Translations under genes and position numbers: made by a program
Origin: Mytilus trossulus
Taxonomy: Eukaryota
DNA length: 64,000 nucleotides
Direction of reading: 5' to 3'
Assembly (NCBI RefSeq): GCF_036588685.1
Contig: NC_086373.1
Coordinates: forward strand, 90,954,001 to 91,018,000
The notes under the pieces: generated by a model
Databases searched by the model: none
Told to the model about the DNA's origin: nothing
The model's input: the letters and a program-made list of their open reading frames with translations, nothing else
Part shown: positions 39,408 through 52,512 of the stretch, one piece after another
How the letters are laid out: the number at the start of each line of letters is the position of its first letter
How positions within the stretch are numbered: position 1 is the stretch's first letter

Positions 39408-41952
39408 ATGGAATTAAGCAGAAAAGAAAATGTCAGGAAGTACAATGAAGTTTTTGCTGCTGTCTTGGAATCTGACATTGAAATTCTTAAGTCAATTGTT
39501 GAAGAAGAGGGTGTGTCTGTATTAGAGAAGAAGACAAAAGAAGGTTGGACAACGTTGCATGTTGCAGTCATATTTTCAAAAGATTGTGTTGTTAATTTTC
39601 TCCTTGACCATGGTTGTAATGTTCATGTACAAGACACAGATTTAAAAACACCACTTCACTGGGCAGCTTTTAATAATGTGCCGTACAAAATTTTCGAAAA
39701 AATAGTGCATGTGGCTTCAAAAACGAAAGGTGCGTTAGACACAAACGACGCTCTTAGAAGAACACCTCTACATTATGTATGCATGAATAATGCAGCTTGC
39801 AACGAAGAAGAAATTATCTCTAATTTTTCTATTGAAATAGTAAAAAAAGTGCACTTATTGCTAAGTTTCGTCGGTGATATCGATTCAATGGACAATGAAG
39901 GTAATACTTCTTTGCATCTATTTTGTTCTAACATCCACAATTGTGTACAATCGCAGATTGTAGATCATAATTTGATTCCAGAGGAACTGAAAGAATATAA
40001 ATCAAAATCTTTATGTGGTTTTATCACAGAAATATTCATAAACAAAAAGGCAAATATTTTCTTGCCAAACGAATATAAAATTACTCCTTTTCATCTGGCT
40101 TGTAAATTTCTCTGCGTTGAAACGATAAATGTAATGTTATATCAACATTCTCTTCCGACTTCATTGATGGACATATGTGATACACCTCCGATGTCAATGG
40201 TGTTCAGTCATGCACCATGTACATGTAAATCTCTTCCAAACAAAAGGCAGCAGTCAGACTGGTCCTACCTCTCTGATCACAAGTCACGATTTGAAGACAG
40301 TCTGCGCCCTGTCTTAAAACATATGAAAATTTATATAAATAATGCCAAACGTGTGACTGGTTCAACAGCCCTGCATCTCGCAGTTTCGGATTTAAAGTGT
40401 TCATCTAACGTTGTAAAGGGTTTATTGGAATATGCTAACGCAAATGTCAATGCAAGAAATTTTTTTGGTAAAACTCCAGTACATTGTTTGATAAAAGGAG
40501 ACATTAGTGCATCTGGTCAGATAAAGAATGTAATGCAAACAAACTGGCAAAATAAAATAGCTTTGTTGTTCAAGCATGGTGCTCACATCGACTGTCAAGA
40601 TATTTTCGGATTTTCTCCTTTACACTATGCTGCATTGTATTGTGACGTAGATTTTCTAACGTGTCTTATCGAAAACAATGCTAATGTGTCTATGCGTAAC
40701 AAACACGGAGCTACACCGTTCCATCTTCTTGCTATTAATACGAGAAAAGAATTAGACCCAGATCTAAACGATTTCTGTACTGCACTTGACATACTATTGA
40801 AAGCTGGTTCTAACATCAATGGTCAAGATTCGTACGGCTCGTCGGCACTACATTACGCAGTATATGGCGGCAACACAACAATTGCGTTAATTTTTTTGGA
40901 AAAAGGAATAGATGATGGTTTAAAAGATGTCGAAGGAATGACTGCTTCAGATCTCTGTTTTATTGTTAATCGTGTTGAATTCAAAAACTTCTTAGTTGAG
41001 GGAGTTAAACTTTTTGACGATAAACTAGACATGTTTTTAGAAACCGTTCATATCAATGATGTGTCAAAGTGGTTATCTTGTAACATTTCAAAAATTACAC
41101 TTAGTGATGAAGAAATCCTTCATTTACTGCATCCTTCTCAAAATAGCTCTTTATCAAACAAGGTCTCAGACAACATTGTTTTAAGACAACTTCTTGATCT
41201 CATGAAGTCAGTGTTTACTGAGGTGGAACGTCGTGACAACAGATTTAAAGTTTCGATAGAGCTTTCAGGGAGCACTAGAGAGGGTACGAAAGTTGACGCA
41301 CCCGACGAGTTCGATATTCTGTGTTTCTTTGATAATTTCGAAAATCTTTGCGATGTTGAAGAAATCCAGGAATTATACTGTGTACAATGTAGACGAAAAG
41401 AAGATGAACAAAATCAATCATATAATGAGTTCTTTAACGAAAACGGTCTCTTGATGGGTAATCGAATTGCCAAAAAATTCTACCTTCATTTAAAAGAATG
41501 TCTTGGAATACCATCTGTTTGGAAATGTGCTCCTGGATTATCAGAAGATACTGTTGGCTTTGAATTCCCCTCCGCAGAAGACTTTCCGAGTATTCTTTGT
41601 CTACATTTCTTATATACTGATGCAAAGCGTAAAGAGATGCCATTAAGCTGCGATATCGTACCCGTAATACGTCAGAGACATTGGTGGCCATCTTTTGCAA
41701 AACAAGACGGAAGATTAAACACAGTGAATATAATGGAAAATGGTTGTATGATTATGTGTAGACCTAACAAACAGACTATGCTTTCTGGTGAAGTTGTCAC
41801 ATTCCTTACTCGTTTTACAGTGTCAGTTTACTTGGCGGAACTCTGCATAATTCAATCTCTTCCCAAAGCCGTGGTAGATGCCTACAAATTGGCAAAGATT
41901 CTCCTAAAACAGAAACACTTATATCCTCCATTAACGGAAATTACTCAGCAAG
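39408..41952 (+). CDS. Ankyrin-repeat + Mab-21/cGAS-like (cGLR) nucleotidyltransferase, main coding exon
   Basis: About 10 ankyrin repeats (GWTTLHVAV, KTPLHWAA, RTPLHYVC, GNTSLHLFC, ITPFHLAC, GSTALHLAV, GKTPVHCL, GFSPLHYAA, GATPFHLL, GSSALHYAV). These are followed by the NTase motif GSTREGTKVDAPDEFDI (41268-41318), a third acidic residue in SCDIVP (41652) and the Mab-21-type helix AYKLAKILL. A pyrimidine tract and CAG acceptor end at 39405, just before ATG 39408. Donor AG|GTATGT at 41952/41953, phase 1. Confidence 0.93.
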
Positions 41953-42299
41953 GTATGTGAACTAATTTGTTGAAAGATTATGTCATTATTGTCTAAATAA
42001 GATACTATTTTTAGTTATCGTCTAAGTGCATGACACTTTGTATGAGTTATGAAAATTATATTTCAAAGTTCAAAATCTGCTAAGAATAATTCACATTGAT
42101 AAGGTGTTTTTTTTATTATTGTATGTATTTTGACATTTCGATTATTGGTCATTACAAAACATAAAAAATTTAACATATATAACATTGTTGCTGACGTTAA
42201 ATCGTGTTACATTGTATATTATTTTCAAAACGGACTGCTTGTTTACATATTATTCGAATAAACTAAAACGCTAATACATTTTTTTATATATATAAATAG

Positions 42300-42667
42300 A
42301 AATAATCAGTAACGAGGAGCAGGGAATGGACATTTTCTTGTCAGCCTTTCATCCAATGATGGGAGTGTTCAGCAAAAGAAATATGATAACCAGCTATGAA
42401 TTAAAAAATGCTTTGTTTTATGAGCTCGATTTGGAACCTAATATAAAGATTACGGATTGTCTGGATATCAAGACGACCAAAGAATGGGCTGTGAGAATTT
42501 TCAAGCGTGTTCATAGTTTCATATCGAATGGTTGTTTCACACCCTACTTCATGCGAACATTATCCATCAGTTCATCAACATGTGAAAATTCTTTGAAAAA
42601 TATTGAGTGTATGTTTTGTAAAATGATTATAACCATATTGGAAGGTAGTTTGAAAGAAATTGAATGA
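42300..42667 (+). CDS. Terminal coding exon of the ankyrin-cGLR gene (Mab-21 C-terminal helical lobe)
   Basis: Acceptor TAG at 42297-42299. The phase-1 join gives GAA ATA ATC AGT AAC GAG GAG CAG GGA ATG, in frame with ORF 42326-42667. Contains ITSYELKNALFYE (the SYxLK motif of Mab-21/cGLR proteins) and a PYF motif. Confidence 0.88.
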
Positions 42668-42974
42668 TACTGTGAATGTTAAAAGTAATCACGTGAGAGG
42701 TACGTTAATGGCCAAAAGAAAATAATTCGGATAAGGAAGAGGGTTACTATGTTCAAAAGCACCTATGTGGCTCGTTAAATTCGAAAGGAAAAAAAACGGA
42801 AAACATTACTGCCAAATAGATATTAGACATTATTCTGTCAGATTTCAGTTTTGATATATTCTATTTGAATTATGCGCTAATATAGTTTCTTCAGATTATT
42901 ACAAAATTATCAAAAACTTCTTAAATAATCCTCAGTTTAAGATGTTGAAATGTTCCCCCTATTTTGGTTCTTAA

Positions 42975-43565
42975 GGTGGTATGGGAGTCTAAAATAAAAA
43001 TGATAGAATTTGTTCATACTTTGCCAAAATGTAGTATGTATTGATACATTTTCAAAAATATTATAAAAATGATAGGTCACCGCGCATTTTCTCAAGCAAC
43101 AGGTTGTGACAAAATGACAGATTTTGTATGGATTATACAGGAAAAAACACAATTTTGTGAATAGAAACTAAACAAAATGATAGAATTGTAAAATAAATTG
43201 GGAAAAGATAGCTTTCAGACAATGCTTTGAGAATATCAAAAGAAAAGATAGGGTCACCGTACGTTTTTTCCAACTAAAAGACAAAAAAGGAAAATTCCAT
43301 GAATAGTCCTTCAGAAAATGCACTGTATTAGAGTTATCTCCCCTAAAAATGCCAATTTGAAAATATTTAAAAACAACCAAAAATAATCAACGCTTGTAAC
43401 AATATTAATATTTATAAGTTATGTACTTTTAAACTTGGTTCTTTTAAATGAGAATTCACATTAAATATCGACATTCCGCATCAAATTTTGCTAACTTGAT
43501 AGAAAATACGGACCTAAGATTCTCTGTTTTTTACAATCCAAGATGGCGAAGACACCCATACCACC
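42975..43565. mobile_element. Non-autonomous TIR element with TTAA target duplication (Kolobok-type)
   Basis: TTAA|ggtggtatgggagtct … agacacccataccacc|TTAA (one mismatch). Confidence 0.88.
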
Positions 43566-43965
43566 TTAAAGGTTCTACGCCTAATTCATGTACGTCCGTC
43601 ACAAAACATGTTTCGTATTTGATAATATCGCAAACCCGTATTGGTAGTTTATGCAGTATTTGTCTATTTATCGTTCTCCTAACATCAAATGATGAATTGT
43701 ATTCATTTAACTGTTTTATTACTTCAATATCGTACTTCTGGACTATATGTCATTTCCTTCACAGTAAAGTTAATTTTAATTGACTTTATATTGCACACCA
43801 GACATTGGTCTGCATATATGCTGATGATGAAACATTTGATTCATGTAATGTCTTTAAAGTCTTACGATATATAATAAACACGATTGCTATCAATAACTAG
43901 TGCATGTGTCATTGATTAGTATTTTTTTCTTGGTGTTGCTACATTTTATTCGTTTGGTTTCTTTA

Positions 43966-45113
43966 AAAGAGGGACGAAAGATACCAAAGGGACAGTCAAA
44001 CTCATAAATCTAAAACAAACTGACAACGCCATGGCTAAAAATGAAAAGGACAAACAGAAAAACAATAGTACACATGACACAACATAGAAAACTAAAGAAT
44101 GAACAACACGAACCCCACCAAAAACTAGAGGTGATCTCATATGCTCCGGAAGGGTAAGCAGATCCTGCTCCACATGTGGCACCCGTCGTGTTGCTTATGT
44201 AATTACAAATCTGGTAAATAGTCTAATTCGGTAGGTCACATTCATGAAAGGGAAGGAGATTGTAGTTACGACGTAAATTTACGAAGGGATGATTTCAACT
44301 TCACCATTTGAAACTCTTGGTTTAATAGCTTCCTTGTGAGCAGTAACCCTCTATCAAGAAAATTATGATAGGAAATGCAAGCACGGGAATATCGTATCAA
44401 TTGGGAGATATATACCCCGTTTGCAGGTGCTACTGGAATGTTGCTACTTAGAAATGGAAAGTTTACAATTGGAAAGCTGAAATCATCTCTTTTGTCGTAA
44501 AGTTTTGTTTTCAACCGACCCTCATTGTCAATTTCTAGTTGTAAGTAAAGATATGAAGCCGACATAACTGTATCTGTAGTATCCTTTATCTCCAGTTCGA
44601 TGGGATAGCTGCGTTCCACACAGTCACCAAATTTTGAATTGTTTAGTGAAAGAACATCATCTATATAGCGGAAAGTAGAGTTAAAGGATATTGCTAACTT
44701 TTTATCTTTCTTCCTAAGAAGTTCCTGCATGAAGTCAGCCTCATAATAATAAAGAAACAAGTCGGCAAGTAGAGGGGAAAATTTTGTACCCATTGGAATG
44801 CCGACAGTCTGTTGAAAAACACGTCCTCCGAACGTAACAAATATGTTGTCAATCAAGAAATCAAGCATCTTTATAATATCAGTTGCAGAGAATTTTTTGT
44901 TTGGATCAGAGTGATTCTTTACAAAGAAGCATTTATCCCTCCCTAAGACAAGATACTTGTATCTACGTTGACCATTCTTTTTTATAAAGCAAAGTAATAC
45001 CAACTCTTTCAATTTGTCTTTTAGTTTGGAATGCGGAATACTTGTGTAAAGAGTAGAAAAGTCAAATGTTTTGATACTGTTACAAGATGAAAGAGAGTTA
45101 GATTGTATGTACT
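43966..45113 (-). mobile_element. Penelope-like retroelement, 5'-truncated RT fragment with 3' tail
   Basis: Open frame 45113-44266 with IKTFDFSTLYTSIPH, FQQTVGIPMGT, FRYIDDVL and LYDKRDDF motifs. The 3' tail is also found at 34115-34288. Confidence 0.88.
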
Positions 45114-45424
45114 TATAACCTGCTCTTGATTGTAGCCTTATTCAAGAAACACGTAACTTGAACACTTAAATCAATATCATGCGATATAATTTTATTCATG
45201 GTTACCATTTATTGCGTTTCATTCATTTTATGCATGCAAAATTAAATTGAAAGATTGGAAAGAATTCTTGTCGGTTAAACATTCTACTTTTCTCGATACT
45301 GAGGATCGCTAGAATTGCAAACACAACTTTAAATGATTATTTTTTGTGTTGTGAAAGCTTCAACTGTATTTGAACTTAATTCTCTCTGATAGCTATACGC
45401 ATGCAAATGAAGGCGTTATTCGAA

Positions 45425-45800
45425 ATAAACTCATTATAGAAACCAGGATTTGAGTTTTATATTAACGCCAGACTCGCGTTTCGTCTCAATGAAACTCGAA
45501 TCAAAAAATGTTAAAAAGGCAAAATTAAGTACGAGTTTGAAGAGCATTGAGGACCAAATATTCCTAGTTTTGCCAAATACAGCTAAGGTAATCTTTTCCT
45601 GAGGTAATAAAGCCTTTGTATTTAAAAATATTAAATGTTTTGTTAACAGTTAATTCATAATTATGAACATATGAATGCTAACTCAAGTCAACACAGTAGT
45701 GCTACTGGGCTGATGATACCTTCGGGGAATTAAAACTCTACCAGCAGTGGCATCGACCCAGTAGTTGTAAAGCAACACATCATAAAGCCCAGGATTTAAA
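45425..45800 (-). mobile_element. Hammerhead-family (retrozyme-like) repeat unit, ribozyme core partly deleted
   Basis: Bounded by two copies of aaactcattatagaaaccaggattt / catcataaagcccaggattt about 350 bp apart, and contains ccagactcgcgtttcgtc. Related copies at ~55770-55860 and inside each tandem unit (~12405, ~21705, ~31840). Confidence 0.6.
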
Positions 45801-47020
45801 TTTTAATGCGAAACACTGTTATGTGATGTTTCTCTTGTCTCCGTATTCATGTATTCGATATCAGATTAGGAATAACAGTCATATTGATGATACATCCATC
45901 TAGTTTACTATCTAATTATTAGATGACTTTTTTGTTGGTATTATTGCATGTTAAATACACTTGTTACTATGGATGTAAAGCTTTGCTACGCTATATCCTG
46001 GTAATATTACCATCATCACTTACATGAATACTAATTGTCTATTGCGTTATTTCGATTCGTCACTTTTATTCCAGATATCCTGGTCAATAACACTTTCTGT
46101 CATGTTTTATTGAATAGAGACATGTGATAGTGTGAACGGAACATGCTTTCTTATGGAAACATATTCTTGTTTATTTGTGAAAACCTCATTATTTAAAAAA
46201 AAAATGTTTTATTAATAATGGAAAGGAATATATATTGTGTATTCATTCATATCACAAAATCCCTTCGCACACATGACAAAGTAAAAAAATAGCAGATTTT
46301 TTTTCTGCTTAGAATTAATGTGTTCATTATTCTAGTTGTACAAACAATCCAGTGTAAATACAATACAATTATTTTGATGCATTCAATCGACTGATTAAAT
46401 ATTAAACTCAGAAAGACAAATTATATAACAATATAAAAATAAGAAGATATAACAAAGATTCTTTTATCTTAAATTACGTTTTTGAAATATGAAATAAAGA
46501 TATCTAGAGGGTAAATATATTAAAGATCTCTTTGAAGTGTTGCATGAAATGCTGTTTATGGTCTGTTTTCTGTGCTATGTAATTATTATGTTCTGTTCTA
46601 CAGTCACTCGTTTCATTAGTCAAATGTCAAAGATAAAATTTCACATTAAAGTCAAATTGCAGAATCCTTTTGTGCTTTTCGTGATTTGAATTCCACCAAG
46701 AACTGCATATCTTCTTTCGTGTATTCATCAAATGCAGCACAAAAGTTAAATTTTCTATGACGATATCTTATTGCTAGATCCAGATAGGTTTCAATATATC
46801 ACATGTTTTAAACGACTGTGCTTTATTTTGTAGTGAACGGATTTGGGGTTTTCTTCCTACTCACGTCTGTAGAAATAAACAAGCAGATTGTGAACAGTTT
46901 CGTTTATATATATGCAAAGCTCTGATTCCTTTCACGAATTTGACTATACTTTTTGGACCTTTTGGATTCTAGCTCTTCATCTTTTATATAAGCTTTGGAT
47001 TTCAAATATTTTGGCCACGA

Positions 47021-47064
47021 GCATCACTGAAGAGACATGTTTTGTCGAAATGCGCATCTGATGC
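47021..47064 (+). ncRNA. Minimal type I hammerhead ribozyme within a retrozyme/Penelope-derived repeat
   Basis: GCAUCA-CUGAAGA-GACA(UGUUU)UGUC-GAAA-UGCGCA-UC-UGAUGC: intact core, 6-bp stem I, 4-bp stem II, palindromic mini stem III. Confidence 0.75.
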
Positions 47065-47174
47065 AACAAAATTGGTACCGTTGATTTTTTTAATACAGAT
47101 GATTTTTTTTTTTCATAACGGAAATTGCTTAATCGGAATAAATAATCTTAGTACTACCTTGTACAGCTTTAACA

Positions 47175-47430
47175 GGGATTATGGTAGCGTATTTGTCTCG
47201 GGTGTAAGAGATCGTAGGTTTGAACCCGGACGGGACAAACTAATGACTTAAACAGATATTTGCTGATTCTCTGCTAAACAAGTGTGATTAAAGACTGGTC
47301 GGGTCAAAGTCAGAATAATATGTCCGGGAAGGGTTGCATATCGTGCTGCAGAATGCTGTATTGTGAACTAGCGAGTTAAATATTCGGCTCGCCGTGTTAG
47401 TCTTGAACGAAGCAGTGGTAATATTCATAT
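47175..47430 (+). mobile_element. Degenerate tRNA-derived SINE (V-domain-like core)
   Basis: B-box-like ggtttgaacccgg followed by ttgctgattctctgctaaaca…aaagactggtcgggtcaaagtcagaataatatgtccg. Confidence 0.5.
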
Positions 47431-50400
47431 TACCTTTATGTGTGTTTCGTCCTGAATAGGCAATTGATTTGCCAGTGGATGTTAAACATTCATCTTATCA
47501 CACCATTATCCACAATATATCAGCCCTCAACCCATCTTAACTATTGTGATATTTATGGGAGTCCCAATGTTATACCAGTACAAGTACTCATATCGGAAAT
47601 GTCTTTTTATTTATTATATGGTACTTAGCCCTGAATGACTTCGAGCAATTATTATTAACTACTAAAAGACATGCATAACTTGAACCTAAAGCGCTTTACT
47701 CCCACTTCTGTTCTGCTACTGAACATTATCTTTTCTTATTAACTATAGTACCCTAACAATGTATTGATTCTTCCATTAGTTTTATGGTTTCGTTATTTAA
47801 TATTGTAACAAGCCGCTGTTCTATAACATATAATCGATGTAATAAAGTGGAGGGAGAATTTGTTTTGTTACAAATGGACATTTACCCAAACAATGTCTTT
47901 GGGCTTTTTTTTCAAACTTAAAGCATACTTCATTATCTTGGAAGTAATATTGCTAAATTCAAATCCCTAATGAACAACAAAGGAAGAGCTAACATGAGAA
48001 TATGAATAACTACTCCAATCAACTCGTAATCAACGTTTAAAAAACGATTTTCTTAAGTGACTGACACTGTTTTCTCTAAGACTTTTTAAAAGTATTAAAG
48101 ATGATAAATAGGTTTCATGAACAAAAATTTTCATCCATCAAATAATCATGAAGTCATGGTACTGTAGCATCAATTCAAACCAGTTTTACATATTTCAAAG
48201 CATTGGTTATATAATATTCAATGCAAATCGAGTGCAGTATATTAAAATACGAGGTTCAAACGCAACAAATCTCTTATGTAATTTCACCAATTGAAACATA
48301 TAGTTTAAGTAGTTGTTCTGTTAAGACAAAAAGTAATGAAAGTAAAAATATTAAAAAAATTTAAAAAAAAATCATTCAATAGTATCGGTCTTACAGAACA
48401 CAAAACTACAGCTACAGCTACAGCTCACTGACACATTTTCTCAGTTGATGAAGGCAATGTTGGTGTTCTTTATCTGTCTATAACGAAATAACGCCTTCCT
48501 TTTCTCCATTAACTCTAAGGCGATTTCAAACAGCAAACCTCACAAATAGTAAAACACGATATAGTTTGTTATCATAAGCTTAATGTATTCTTGTAAACCA
48601 TTGTAGTTACAACTGTATACAGAAGAATATTGTACAATGTGCATTGTACTTTAGTTTAATTCCTGATATAGTAATTATATCTAAGTGTTTTTTTCAACCA
48701 ATGTAAACATTTCTATGTTTGATTTCTTCTTTTTAACTGGCAATTGAATTGGAAAATTAATAAAATAAAATTCATATATAGTATTCTATTCAAGAATGTT
48801 CATACATTTCTAGTTTTCTTAATCGATACGATGTGCATGCGACTTTTAATGCTATTATTTCAAAGTTTAAAGCAGATACAGATAAACGCTGAGAGTACAA
48901 ATAGATGAAGTCGCATGAGTTCTAATTAAACCAAGATCAAGTGTGTTGACAGAGTTGTAAGGCATGTTAACTAATACTTCATGTTCTTAATGTCTCATTA
49001 ATCCGTGCCATTCTGATTGAAACACTAACAAATTATGTGTCCATGATCCAGGGAAAACGAAGCATGAACACAGGATTTTCACTTTAATCAGATTGTATTC
49101 TCTTGACAAATATTGTAAAATAAACATTTTGGAAGATATCATAACATCATAATGCACATTGGAGTCATCGGGCTCATGTCATAAGGCACACGAGTCAACA
49201 TAATTTTAGCGTGAATTCCTTCCTCATTTTATAGTCCTATTGTAGTTTTGGGCCATATTGAAGGAATCCGGAGCTCCGAAACATTTCTTAAAGGGGCTAA
49301 TAGGTGGGCCGCCCTAGAGGCTAACGATAAAATTTAAATGGAGCACAGACCACTGTTATCCCAATCTAATTAGGATTAAATCTTTTAATTGCTCCCGTTC
49401 TAATATGTCGAGCATCAAGGACGGGAGTACTAATGATTTAAGGATTCAATTTTAATTAGATTGATGTTATCCCCAAGTAGCTCATATCACTTAAACCTTC
49501 AGTTTTGATTCGATATCTATTTTTAGCAGATTTTTCGTAGTTATCTATTTTAAAGAACATTTCTTTTTCCATCGAAATTCGTTTTAGAAATAACAATATT
49601 GTATTAACTTATATGTTTTATTTGCGTCAAAAACATTAAAATATTACTCTTTTGAATGTGTTGTCTTTACAGAGATCATTTATTATTTGCATGCCTCCCA
49701 AAGGAAATAGTTTCTAACGATTTTTGTCTTATTACTTATATTTTAGATGTTACGTAACCGTATAGATCGAATATATTGCAGGATGGAGAGTGAAATCGAA
49801 AACAATATGATAAAAGAATACGAAAAAATAACAAAACAAAACATACATACATACCTAATCCATGCTTTTATTGACCTCTTAACAGCAAAATGCAAATGAA
49901 ATTATCGTAAATAATACTGAAATGTTTATAAATGACGAGTAGCTTTTTCTCCTAAGATTATTTTGTAAAATGAGTCGATCAATAATTTACAGAAAAAACA
50001 TATCATATAGGCTTTTTTTAATTTTTCAACCTGGATGGGTTTATCCACATGCATCTCAGCATCAAACATAAATGTTAATACTAAGATTAATGCATCCTGA
50101 AACTCCTGCAACTCCATTATAAGAAAGCCATTGCAGCAAATTCATATTCTCAGCCTTAAGATAAGAACCAATGAACGTGCGATCATGTTCTAATTTTCCA
50201 ACAAGTAAACTTGATTGTAACCTGTTACTTTCTGTCTATGTTTATATATGTTGCTTGTGATTTAAAGTATATAACAAACCGCGATAGGATTGAAAGGAGC
50301 AATATTCAAGGTTTTGTTATCATTCAAATATGCTCCTTCCAATATGAGTGAAAATATAAGAAATAAGAGAGTTTAGAATAAATCAAACAATCTAAATGAT

Positions 50401-50907
50401 GTATATGTTACAGTAAATAGGTGAAATTAGGAATTACATGTAATTACTAAAATTTAGGAATTACAGGTAATCCCCGATGCACTTAGTTAATACAAGTAAT
50501 TCCTGAAACGGCCCAGTTATTACCAGTAATAACTAATTTTAAAAATAATTTTTACACCTATTTACTGACTGCTAAAACAATGTTGTATTATGGTCAGTTG
50601 ATCAAAAGTTATGGTAATACTAACTAAAAGATCAGTTAGTACAGTACAGTAAAATTTTGAATGGTTGATTTCTTTAAAAAGATATCTTGAATAAATATAG
50701 ACTTTCAAATGTTTGGTTAAATCAGAGTAACTTTAGTTTTAATCCAAAATGGTTCAAGTTGAGCATTATACAGATAATTTTTTACCAATTTCAGCAGACA
50801 TGGAAATCAGAAATGGAAAATTCTCCTAAAGCATTATGTTTTGATTTTTCAAAGAAAACTTTGAATTTTAAGAATATTTAGACTAACTACCTTATACAGA
50901 TAAGATA

Positions 50908-51455
50908 AATAAAGGCAACAGTAGTATACCGCTGTTCAAAACTCATAAATCCATGGACAAAAAACAAAATCGGGGTAACAAACTAAAACCGAGGGAAACG
51001 CATTAAATATAAAAGGAGAACAACGACACAACACCGAAACGCAACACACACAGAAACTGACCAAGCATCAGACAAAACACCACGACAATAACAAATATAA
51101 CATGAAAAACAAATACATGAATTTGGGAAAGACAAGTACCGTGCCACGTCTTATCTTAATATCTCTAAAATAAGAGAAAACACAAACGACTCAACGTTTA
51201 AATGCAACACACACAGAAACGAACAATAATATAACAATGGCCATCTTCCTGACTTGGTACAGGACACTTTTGGAGGGGAATAAAAGTGGTGGGTTGAACC
51301 TGGTTTTGTGGCATGCCAAACCTCGCACTTTAATGGCAAAGTTAAATATAACATTGAAATGACAACACAATTTTACAGGACTACAATACAAATAAATAGG
51401 AGAACATATTAGACAGAGAAAAACATGATTCATAGATAACAAAAAGCATCAGGTT
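50908..51455 (+). mobile_element. Interspersed repeat family starting aaaggcaacagtagtataccgctgttc
   Basis: Highly similar copy at 61203-61513; related copies at 55097-55435 and inverted at 55440-55615. Confidence 0.8.
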
Positions 51456-51699
51456 TAGATAACGTTATATAGGTTAAGAACTGGAATGAACTGTTATGTG
51501 CATTAGCTTCGAGATATGAAAAAAAAATAAAGATATTTTTTGTTGTTGTTAAATCATTGATAAAAATGATATAGTGAAATTAGAATTCACTGTTAGCAGC
51601 CAATCTGGTTATATTTTGTTAAAATAGCAGAGAAACAAGATTGATGAGTTGTGCACTTGCGACCTAATGGAATACGTATTCATGTGACCTTTAATTCAA

Positions 51700-52512
51700 G
51701 GGAGACTCGTCCCTAATCCTTCCTGTTCGAACAAGAACAGCCCTGTATTCAAATTATTTTTTTACCAGCAACTGTACGTTCATGGAATCTCCTCCCTGAG
51801 AATACTAAGACCAGTATTTCGGTGGGGGCATTCAGGAATTGTGTCCAGTCTCGGGCGATTAAACCTCCAAATTATTTTTACATTGGTAAGCGATTAGGTC
51901 AAATTTATCACTCAAGACTTCGTATGCAATGCAGTTCTCTAAATCATCATCTTTTTGTTTATGTGGTGCTATAGAAACGACAGCGCACTACTTGTTGCAC
52001 TGCCCCCGTTTTCACATTATGCGTGAACAGCATTTTTATAACATCAATATAATACATTTTTTGTCGGAAGAAATCTTGCTACAGGGTTCAACAGACTTCA
52101 GCTACGAGCAAAACATTGAAATATTCTTGGCAGTTCAAACATTTATACTCAGTAGCAAAAGATTTGTCATATAATAGCACACATCTTGTTCAACAAGTAA
52201 TACTTATATCTAAAATAATTGTGTCCGTTCAGAAACATACACTTTATTATTGAATTTTTTATGTATATATTTTTTTTTCCTTTTTGTGTGTGTCACAAAC
52301 CTTATTATATGTTTTTTTCTTCTTTCCATCGTGTGTAACATTGTTATTTTTTATAACATTTTACTCCTTGAGTATTAAAATATGAAATGTTCTTATTAGT
52401 AAACGGATTAATATAAGGTAAGAGCTTGTTTTTGGATCCTATTAATTATTTCAATTGTATCATTATGTAAATGCCTATGTAAGTACCTGAATATAATTAA
52501 TAAAATATGTTA
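51700..52512 (+). mobile_element. 3' end of a CR1/L2-like LINE
   Basis: Frameshifted PATVRSWNLLP…IGKRLGQIYHSRLRMQCSSLNHHLF…CLCGAIETTAHYLLHCPRF, followed by an AT-rich 3' UTR ending aataaaatatgtt. Confidence 0.75.

Noticed and set aside
40204-41700. Three antisense ORFs inside the cGLR exon
   Set aside because: Shadow ORFs of the real coding strand.
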